Below are positions 50,067-64,000 of a stretch of 64,000 bases of DNA, one piece after another (position 1 is the stretch's first letter; each line of letters begins with the position of its first letter). The DNA lies in the NCBI RefSeq assembly GCF_009914755.1, contig NC_060934.1; one strand, 5' to 3'. This stretch comes from the human T2T-CHM13v2.0 reference genome, Homo sapiens. The notes beneath the pieces were generated by a model. The model ran no database searches. It saw nothing but the letters and a program-made list of their open reading frames with translations, and was not told the origin of the DNA. A program made the position numbers and the translations under genes.

Positions 50067-52273
50067 ATTATAAACACTTTGATTGTTGAGTCTTTGTCTT
50101 GTTCACATTCATGACGACAGAGCATAGTGTCAATTTATAGTAGTTGCTCAATAAATGAAAGGGTCAAGATGTAATATGTGGCCAAGTGATTGTAGACTGA
50201 GAATGAGCATTATTACTTTGAATAACTGCTTTTAAATGATCTGCACTAGTATTACATTAATGTGTTCACAGTGAATTATTATTCATTCTAAAAAAGAAAT
50301 AGTTGTAAGGAAAAACTTTGTGCTAAGTAGAAATTTAAGGATTTAAAAATAAAAATTGGAGGGAACATTTGAAAGATATTTAAGTGTCTTAAAATATCTC
50401 TTTGAGTTGTTAAGAAACATGATGTGATTAAGAAAAGTCTCCTGCCAAATGAATCCCTTACGAGAAAAAAATGTATGATTTTAAAAGATGCATTATGTGT
50501 TGAATCAAGACATAAATTATAAAGAGATGGTACCAGTACTATTCATTGTTTAGAATAATGAGCTTGTTCCCATACTTGGACTTGAAATGGAAAGAAAAAG
50601 TGCTGTACAGGTGCTATACAATCAGGGGTAGTACCCTGATTGAATAAATGTATTTTGTATACTTAATCTAAAATATTTATAAGTCTAGCTACCTTAAACC
50701 AAATCTTGGGCATCTCTCCACAAGTCGCTGAGGCATTGGGAAAGATTTAGAAAAGAACAAACATTTATAATTAACCTCTATCAACAGGTAAATTCTGCAC
50801 AGTCTGTAAAACCTTCCTCTGACAGTTAGAAGTCTTATGTTGGGTGATCTTATGACCAAGTTCCATTATAGTCAGCATGACAAGACATTGGTATGTAGAG
50901 AGATGAAATTATACTGACATAGCCAATTTAAAAGAATAGCAGTCTAAAGCAGAGGATACACACACATTTGCACACACATACACATCTGTGTGCACATGCA
51001 CACACACCAGGATAATCACAGGCGACTGAAAGTTGAAAGCAATTTGAATCTCATTAGCAACAAGGAAATACAATTTATAACAGCGAGATACAATTCTTCA
51101 CCTATTTGCTAAAATAAAAAAAAAGCTACTACTCAATACTGGCAGCACATCACACACTGTTGGTGGGAGTAAAAATTGGTATACTCCTTCTAGAAAGTAT
51201 CTTGGTTTTTTATATATATATATATATATATGTATTACAGACGTTAAAAACTTCATATACTTTACCTAGTAAGAGGCTTTTTATAAATTCTCAGGAAGGA
51301 AACATACAGAAACTCATATAAAGGAATATGTGCAGATAATCTCATTACATTTGGAGGAAGGAGGGGATATTCATCGTTCTTGGTGGCAAGCTAGAGCAGC
51401 TCCCTTTGCTGGTCCGCTTCTTGGGGGACAGGCACTATTGGCCCAAGATTTGCTTTATCACATAGGACCAACCTTTTATTTCTGGCCCTGCTATTGTCTC
51501 TTGTTGAGACCTCTCTCCCCCCGCCACCACCCTAATCCCCAGCTCTCTGCACAGAAGGCCTTATGACGTCCTAGTGTTTTGCAAAAGAGTAGAGTTGGAG
51601 GCCTTGCTCTGCTGTTATTCCTGAGGCCTGGAAAGACAGGCCTGTTTACATCCACCCCTTTTCCAGGTACATTTCTGGAATTTGTCATTTTCATGTAAAT
51701 ATTTAAATGTTTAATGAAAACAAGTGGCTGTATAGTTGGCTATTAATATTTATTAAATAATATTTCCTTAATGATTTGAAGTGCTACCTTTAACTTATAA
51801 TGAGATCACCATTTGGGGAACATTTTCTACTCTCAATTTGTTCCACTGATGCTTCTGTATATTCCCTCCATGGGCTTTTAAATTTTGTAAATATGTAAGG
51901 GTAACTTTTCATATCATTCTACTTCTTGTGTTGGGTTTGTATCTAACTCTAGAATGAGTCAATGGGTTCAAGGTCAAATGATCCCATTGTTCACATGGCC
52001 TTATCTGCTGTGAAGAAAAGGAGTCACAAAAAGTCTGGGATTAAGTTCCTTTTCTCTGTGTTCCATAGCAGCCTCACTGCTTTGCTTTATTGAATCTTCC
52101 TATTATCTCTACACTAGATTGTGTCTTAAGGCCAGGACATACCCATCCCTGATTCCTCTGTGCCTGGCTTAGAACTGGTACCTTGTCCAAGCTTCTGATT
52201 GTACAGATGTCTTACTCAGTCTAGGCTGCTATAACAGAATGCAATCGAGATAGATGTGAGCTTTCAAGATTAA

Positions 52274-52612
<339 letters not shown>

Positions 52613-54079
52613 CATTTCCATCTATTAATATATTCATCTCTGCAGTGAATCTGGAGAAGCACAAAGGGCTGTGGAAAAAGTAGACATTGGGACAGATTTT
52701 CCCAGTGATCAGGACTGCTTGCCGATGCTTCTGATTATCCTTCCTCTGTTAGTGTGTTGGTCTAAGGAAGGCTGTAATTAAAGCTGTAGGCTTTCAAGTT
52801 AGAATTAGTTTTTCTATAATTATATTTTGTTCTCTGGGAACGAGGTCCACTCCGTCCCTTGCCAGCCATATCATGTATGTGTTATCTAACTTACAGACAT
52901 TCAAATTTGAAATGCATTTTCAAGAACAATTGTTACAGTGACCGATCTTCCAATTGAAACAAAATTTGGGACAATGAATCCTATATTCAATTGACTTTTA
53001 GGATTCAATATCTTTTCCCTGTGGCCTCCTGTTTTCTAAAAGTAAATCTTCAAAACAGTATTCTGCAATTTCATAGACCTTTTGGTATTGCAACCACTTT
53101 CAGTATGCTTCCAATATATTTAATTAATTCTTTCTACTTTATTACAATAGAATAATATATTTCTGCATTATTCCTTATGGTCATTAAAAATTTAAAATAT
53201 CAGGTATCTGGTTCTTATCTGTTCAAAATGAATCCAGATGTTCACGTACTGCCCGGGTGCCAGATTTTTTTTTCCATCATAGGCTTAACTTTGGAGAATA
53301 AATTTGGAACAATTCTGTGGGGACTGTTGGTCACAGATGGCTGAGTAATCATAAATCCTTGGGTGGAGATAGAGTCCTTCTGGATTGCAGCGCTGAAACT
53401 GATTTTCATAATTTAAAATACTCAACCCTGCATCATCCACGTAAACAAAAGGTGTCTCTTGTTTAAGTGTTTCTTTTTTAAAAAAGTGACATGTAATTAG
53501 CTTCTAACACCTTAATTTCATGTTTACTCTTAACTTTATTTTTTGGCTTCTCTTCCAGAAATTTGTTCCTACCCTCCAGGTATAAAAGGGTTCAGTTTCT
53601 TTCAGTTAAAAAGAAAAAATCCCTCTTCTTGCTGGAAACTTTTGCTTGTATCTTGAGCTGAGTTATAACACACTTTCTCTTCTCATCACCCTTGTCACAC
53701 AGCATTATAATAATCGGTGCATATATGTGAGCTCCTTCAAGGCAGAGATTGTCTCTTATCAATAGCTGCAACTCCATCGCTTAGCAGAGCGTCTGGTATG
53801 TAACAGGTGCTAAGTGAAAAATGAAGGATGGTCTCTTAAGTCAGAGGTTATATTGCAACATGTTGATTGTCCAGTAAAGGATAAAGTAAGGCTTTAGTAA
53901 GTTCTTTAGTCATTTTACTTAAAAATGTTTTAACTATTTATTTTACAAGCAGAAGGAAAGTTATACATTCTTGATTTGCAGAAGAATTTAACATGATTTC
54001 TAAGCGCTATTTATTACGTTTAAGAGTTTAAAACATTTTTTTCCTGAGGCTGTTAACTTCATCAATCAAGCCCAAGTAG

Positions 54080-54520
54080 AATCTGGTGGCACGCTCAAGT
54101 TAGGATAATTCGTGAGGGGGCAGAGGTGTTTTGTAAGGGGACTACGTAAAAGGGGTAGCACAGGAGCCGAGAGAAATTCCGAGATAGTACAGTGCCTTGG
54201 GGCTAATATACCAGGTGTGGCCAACCTTAGGACCAAAAGGAAGAGTTGAGATAATGGTATTGGAAATTGAAAGGAGAAAATGGTGTGTTTTGAGAACTGT
54301 GCCCTTCTGTGGAGGGACATGACCAGCCTGAGGCAACCAACTATGCTTTCCTCTCTCCCTTTGATGATCTGCTGGGACTCTCTGTTTGCTAACCCAAAAG
54401 CAAGCCTGAGGAAAGGAGCACCTATTGCTATGGGCCTTAGGGGTTGACCTCCCAAGCAAGAAACAAGATGGCAGAGGATGGAGAGTCTATGTGAAGGGGA
54501 ATGGCAGATCTGGGGCACAG
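54080..54520. mobile_element. Ancient ERVL-type LTR fragment (family uncertain)
   Basis: GC-richer LTR-like block; family recalled only loosely. Confidence 0.35.
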
Positions 54521-55487
54521 TTATGACAGTTTATTATACTGAAAGTATTTTTTCTGTGGAATAGCCATCCTGCTGAAAGAAAGGCACAAAACCAGAAAAC
54601 AAATGCTCAATGTAGTAGGGTCTGCCTGATTTTTTTTTTTTTTTTTTTTTTTTTTTGAGTGCATTTAAAGCAATCCTGGCCTTCAGGAACTGCACTGGGT
54701 GGCAAGATATGATAAGCCCAAGAAAGCCTTCGATTATATAATATTAGCCCAAATGTGAGTGAATTGTGTACCATCGATGGCACTGCCTGTGGCCTCAGGT
54801 TCACCCTCATATAGAGTTCAAGACCACATTTGCACTAATGAGATAGTTCATCCCATAAGAGAATGCATTTCTCAATGCCCTAAAATGCTTTCCTTTTGCA
54901 TCAGTCTTTTTTTTTTAATAATGTAGAGAGATTTCTCCAGCTGGATTCACTCTGTGTTGCCTGCAAAATGCAATTTGTTTTCTAAATGCTATATTATCTT
55001 CGTCCACCACCTTCAATTTACATTTTAGTAAATGGTACTTTAGTTCTCTGAAAATTCTCTTTATGCTCTATATTGGACTTAAGTAGATGCCAATTTTCAC
55101 ATATCTGGCTAAAAAGAATATTGATGTCTACATAAATTTGAGAATAGAAGACTTTATACGTATTGATTTTACCACACCACAGATATGAAGCATATATTTG
55201 ATACTTACCTGAAACAGGCATGCTGATATAGCAAAGAAATGCCTTTAAAAATATGTATGCATGGAACAGAAAACTTTTCTTTTCTGACAAACAGGCCAAA
55301 GACCTTCAAACAGGAAAGCCAGCCCATTTAGGCAGTAGACTGTTCGCTGAAACCATAGTTTGAAAATCACTAGGCCATGTATAAAAATAGTAGAGTCAAA
55401 TTGCTACATTATCACAAACATGATGTCTCATAATTGGACAATAAACATCTAAATCTGAAAAATCTAAAGCCCTTTGGAAAGGATTAA

Positions 55488-55819
<332 letters not shown>

Positions 55820-56247
55820 TTAATGAACATGTTTTAAGTAAAACTTCCTGCAGTGAGAAGGCACTGTCCCAAAAGCTACTGAGTAGCTTTTGACAGTGTT
55901 GGGCTACATTTTATTACAGATAGGACTGACTAGTTTTCATTAAAAATCAACTCATTTAGGTAACAGCACACTTTGACTCAATACATCAATATTTCTGCAT
56001 GTTTTTTTAAAATAAACAGAATGCCTAACTTAACTAGTTATGAAAACATAAAAATATCTAAGATGAAACTTTTGCAAGGAGAACAAGGTTCAGAATCAAC
56101 ACAGTCCTGACTGAACTGACTGCATTTAGAGAAAAGACAGCATGGTACAATAAGACTCATTTAGAAAGAGGAAATCTGAGATTGAACTTGCTATATTTTT
56201 CCATTGAATTGGAGGTGATAGTTCACAGCTTAGGCTGGGGAACCTGA

Positions 56248-56616
<369 letters not shown>

Positions 56617-58522
56617 TAGCCCTTCTGTGCTTCAGTTGTCTTATTTGTAAAATAGAGATTCTCATTTAACTACCAAATAGGATTGCAGTGGGCCTTAAAA
56701 TTACTGTATGTAAAATTCTTTTAATAGTGCTTGGAGTATAGTACTGTTAAGTATTAGTTATCATTAATTATTAAATTGAGTACCACTTTATTGACTGACT
56801 TAAGTGACTTTGTGTAGGTTACCTAGTTTCAGTATATTTCAATTTAATTGACATCAAAATACGCTAATGGGTGCCTCACCTAATTCTGAACGTTTTTTGT
56901 GACTATATATTTACTCAGCAAACATTTACTGAGCCTCTACTCCATGCCAGGCAATGTGATAAATATTGGGAAAAACATATTGAGTAAGAAAGACAGACTC
57001 CCCATTATCATGAAGCTACAGTCAAACAGGCAATGTTGACTCTCTGGTGTGTAGAGCTCATGGTGATATAATTGGGTCTGAGAGTTGAATGACACCCAAT
57101 CTCCTATCTTATGAATGATTCCAGCTACAAAACCATCTTTGTAAATCTTGTATCTCTCCAAATTGTCAAGGATGTCCTGTCTTATTCTTCAAGTTCTAGT
57201 GAGCCCCTCAAAGTTTAAAACTCTTGGTCAATAATCCTGAATTGTATCCAGAGAATAAGAGACACCATAGACACAGCACCTAGAGAAGAGGGTGGGCAAC
57301 GTGATATTCCACATGTCAATCCTGCCTTCTGCATCCCTGTCTGTGGCCATCGGTGATGACATGAAGCTTACAGTCAAGCAGCTTCGCTGTACCACCATCA
57401 CCATGACTGTGCCCTACCAAGGCCTTGTTGGGGTCCTCCCTTCAGTGCTCAGAAACGGGACTTGAAGACAGAAGCTCTCCAGGTCCTTGCCTCACTTCTC
57501 ATTTTTCTTAGGATCCTTCCTAAGTCAATTAATTAAAGGCTATTTTTAATAAATGGAAATGCATTTTGCTTGATTGATTCATTCATTCTTATTTTGGAAT
57601 CTGTGTCTGTTAACATCACTGGAGCTCCTCTGGGTTTCAATATGTTGTGTAACATTTCTGCTCATGTTCCTTCATGTTTTCATGCCTCCTTTGGTGCTTA
57701 GCTATTGTTTAGTTTGTGCCAGTTGTTGCAATTGCAGAATTGTTTATAGAAATAATTCCAGGCCTAGGATGATATCTTCCCTCCTGAGAGGGCTTTACAT
57801 GTGCCTTTTCCAGGCCTCTGAGAGCTGTAGCAGCCTGGGATCATCTCAAACCAATTTCAGAGACTGCAGTGCTCTGAAGCTGGACTGCGTGCCCTAGGAG
57901 GGCCTGTCGGCTTCTGGGTCACGGTTACTTTGGGGATGCCAAACTTTGGGTTTCCATCCTAAAGCAAGCCCCTCCTCCCCAATGTGGGGGAGGGTCCCTA
58001 CTTAATCCCCATTAACTTTATCCTATTTGCCTGTTACAGTTCTTCTATCCCTCCACTTCTCAGCCATTCTCTCTGCAATCAGTGTCACTTCTACTGGAGA
58101 AGTGGCCTCAAAACAAAGGAGGAGGAGGAGGAAGGGGGAAGAAAAGAAGAAATGGAAAAGAAAAGGTATATGAAACAAATTTTGATTATTGAGGGAGTAC
58201 AGGCTATTTAAAAAATAATAGTGCCAGGGAACCTGGATCAGAAAAAACTGCAAAAAGATTTGTGAATAAAAGTGACAGTTTGGGGTCTGTCTTGAAGCTC
58301 ATTAAAAAATACTAAAAATCCTTCTCCTCTGTAACAAACTCATTGACCAAACTGTACAGAAAACATGTCTCCAATTTGCAGATGACTGTACTATGAGTTA
58401 ACTAGGAATTCCTTTGTAAACATTATAATGATGATAAAATGAACTGAGGAGAGGGGATGGGAAGGAAACAAGGGAATAGGGTGGGATGGAAGACTGGGGA
58501 ATTTTTGGTGACATTGAGACTT

Positions 58523-58908
58523 TGCTATGGTCTGAATAAGTCCCTTCAACATTCATTTATTCCTAATTACCCTTATGGTGATATTAAGAAGTGGAGCCTT
58601 TGGGAGCTGGTAAAATCATGAAGCCTCTACCCTAATGAGTGGGATTAGTGCCTTCATTAAAGGGGTTGAAAAAGATGACTTTGCCCCCTTTCCGCATGTG
58701 ATAACACAGTGTTTGTCCCTTCCACTGTGGGAGGATGTGGTAAGAAGTGCCATCTTTGAAGCAGACAGACCAACCCTCCCCAGAGACTCAATCTGTTGGA
58801 CCCTTGATCTTGGACTTTGCAGCCTCTAAACTGTGAGATATAAACTTCTATTATTTGTAAATTACCTCATTTGTAGAAGTTTTTTTAAAAAAATAGCATC
58901 AAAGACAA
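58523..58908 (+). mobile_element. MST-family MaLR LTR
   Basis: TGCTATGGTCTGAAT start; GGGATTAGTGCCTT and CTTGATCTTGGACTT motifs. Confidence 0.7.
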
Positions 58909-59676
58909 TTGCAAACCCAGGTTTTCAGACCCAGAACCTGTGAAGCAACCAGTGTTCTGATTTCTATCACTAAAGATTAACTGTAACTGTTCTAGAACTT
59001 ATCATAAATGAAATCATAAACTATCTATTCTTTTGTGTCCTCCCCTTTTGCTCATAATGTTTTTGATATTCATCCATGTTGTTGCATATTTCAGTTCATT
59101 TTTTTCATTGCTGAATAATATTCAATGATACTAATATACCATAGTTTGTTTCCCCATTCGCCTTTGATAGGTTGTTTCTAGATTTTGGTTATTATGAATA
59201 AGGCTGCTCTGATTATTATTATTTTTGTGGTTAAATTTCTAGGAGTAAAATTGCTGGAATATGGGTGGCCAAATGTTTAACTTTATATAAAATTACCAAA
59301 GTGATTGTTCCATTTTACACTACCACTGACAATGCATGATCATTCCAATTGTTTTTATCTTCACGTAGAGTGTTGCCAGTCTTTTACATTTTAGCCATTC
59401 TGCTGAGTGTGTAGCAGTATCTCGTTGTTTTTTAATTTGTGTTTCCCCAGTTAATCATGATTTTGAGAGCCTTCCGTTTGCTTATTGGCTTTTGGTATAA
59501 CACTTTTTTGTGTGAAGTGTCTGTTCAAGTCTTGTGCCCGTTTAAAAAATTTGGGTTGTTCGTTTCTTTATTTTTGATTTGAAGGAGTTCTTTAGATGTT
59601 CTGGGTATGCGTTCTTTTCCAGATACGTGCATTGAGAGTCAAGTCAAGCACTTCCAGTCAAGGACTTCTCCATTAA

Positions 59677-60002
<326 letters not shown>

Positions 60003-60425
60003 TCCATTTAATTTCTTAATGGCGTCTTGACAAACAGACATTTTTATTTTTAATGAGGTCTAAATTATCTTTTTGATGGTTAATACTTGTTATTTTCTAA
60101 ATCTTTGCCCATCCTTGATTGTGAATACATTTTCTTCTGGTAGATTTTTATATTTTTAGATTTATGCCTATAATTCCACTCAAATTAATTTTTGTATATG
60201 GAGTGATGGTTATTCTATTCATAGCATGATTTTTTGAAAAGACTTTATTTCCCCCATTGAAATGACATGTGCTCTTGTAGAAAATCAAATGATCCCAAAT
60301 GCATGGAGATATCTGGTGTATCTATTCTGATTCATCAACCTATTTATCTATTCTTAAGGCAATGTGCAGTCTAGATTAATACCAGTAACTAATTAATACC
60401 AGTAACTCTTCTGAAATAAAATAGT

Positions 60426-60872
60426 TGTTTTTGTCAGGTTTCTCCAAAAAAATCAGAACACAGATATATATTTATTATGAGAATTGGCTCACTAAGTTAT
60501 AGAGGCTGAGAAGTCCCATTATCCACCATCTGCAAGTTGGAGAGCAAGGAAAGCTCGTGGTATAATTCAGCCTGAGTCCAAGGGCTCAAGAACAAGGAAT
60601 ACCAATGTCAGACATCAGGAGGAGACGGATGTCCCAGCTCAAACAGAGGAAGTTAATTCACCCTTTCTCTGATTTTTTGCTTCTTTAGGTCCTCAACAGA
60701 TTGAATGATGCTCCCCTGAATTGGTGAGGGTGATCTTCTATACTCAGTGTACTGATTCAAATGCTAATCTCTTTCAGAGACACCTTTGTGTACACACTCA
60801 GAAATAATGTTTTACTTATTATCTGGGCACCCCTTAGCCCACTCAAGTTGACAGGTAAAATTAATCATCACA
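60426..60872 (-). mobile_element. MLT2-type ERVL LTR
   Basis: Similar to the copy at 29443; ends AATTAATCATCACA. Confidence 0.8.
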
Positions 60873-60930
60873 GTAGGGTAATTCCTCCACCTTTGTTTTA
60901 CTACATTCAGAATATCTTGACTATTCTAGG

Positions 60931-61281
60931 TGAGATGGTTGGCTGTGTTCCCACCCAAATGTCACCTTGAATTGTAGCTCTCACAATTCCCTCGTGTTGT
61001 GGGAGGGATGTGAGGTAATTGAATCATGGGAGTGGGTCCTTCCCGTGCTAGTCTCATGATAGTGAGTAAGTCTCATGAGATTTGATGGTTTTATAAAGGG
61101 GAGTTTCCCTGCGGAAGTTCTCCTCTTGTTTGCCACTCTGTGAGATGTGTCTTTCACCTTCTGCCATGATTGTTAGGCCTCCCCAGCCATGTGGAACTGT
61201 GGGTCCATTAAACCTCTTTCTTTTGCAAATTGCCCAGTCTTGGGTATGTCTTTCTCAGCAGTGTGAAAACGGACTAATATA
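60931..61281 (+). mobile_element. THE1 (B/C-like) MaLR solo LTR
   Basis: TGAGATGGTTGGCTGTGTTCCCACCCAAAT...GGACTAATATA; 5-bp flanks CTAGG / CTTGG. Confidence 0.88.
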
Positions 61282-61735
61282 CTTGGTTCTTTGCACTTCA
61301 ATATAAATTGTAAAATCAGCTTGTTAATTTCTTCAAAAAATCATGCGGGAATTTTTATTGGAATTACACTGAATCCAAAGATCAACTAGGGCAGAATAGG
61401 TGTCTAAATAGCATACACATACAATAAACTTGGCCTATCTTTCTATTATTTAGATCTTTCATTTCTATCACAAATAGAAAAATGTATATTCACATACAAA
61501 AGAATGAAGTTGAACCCTTCAGCAATAGTTTTCTAACAACATTGTTTGTAGAAATCTGTCACAGAGATCTGGCATATCTTTTGTTAGATTAATTACTAGG
61601 TATTTACTTTTTTAAATGCTATTGTAAATGGTATTCTATTTTTATGTTTCATTTTCCATTTATTTATTGTTCTTATATAGAGATGCAATTGATTCCATAT
61701 ATTGATTTGGCATCCTGAATCCTTGCTGAATTCTC

Positions 61736-64000
<2,265 letters not shown>

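Noticed and set aside
51330-51700. GC-richer non-repeat block with a TGACGTC-like site (similar blocks near 14150-14340 and 57230-57500)
   Set aside because: No recognisable ORF, splice pair or motif cluster; could be regulatory or decayed repeat, which sequence alone cannot decide.

Overview
Human genomic DNA, judged from two AluYb8 copies and an ACG-type L1HS-like element; it most likely lies at the MINDY3 (FAM188A) locus. The only host gene is MINDY3 on the minus strand: a CpG-island promoter with clustered ETS/GABP motifs, coding exon 1 (6310-6217) and the first ~6.2 kb of intron 1. Exon 2 is outside the window. The remaining ~57 kb upstream is repeat-dominated. It holds a full-length but inactivated L1PA6-like element that keeps an open ORF0, the 3' part of a young L1 whose ORF2 is intact up to the window edge, about 20 Alus, MaLR/ERVL/ERV1 LTRs, a nested ERVL-in-ERVL remnant and several DNA-transposon fossils. 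I found no convincing new multi-gene system. The best second-look items are a candidate 64-nt poison exon and an overlapping uORF in MINDY3, the open L1 ORF0, a cluster of very young insertions, a locally templated insertion flanked by an 18-bp direct repeat, and an AP-1 motif cluster. Repeat subfamily names are recalled from consensus sequences, not searched, and repeat boundaries are approximate unless TSDs are given.
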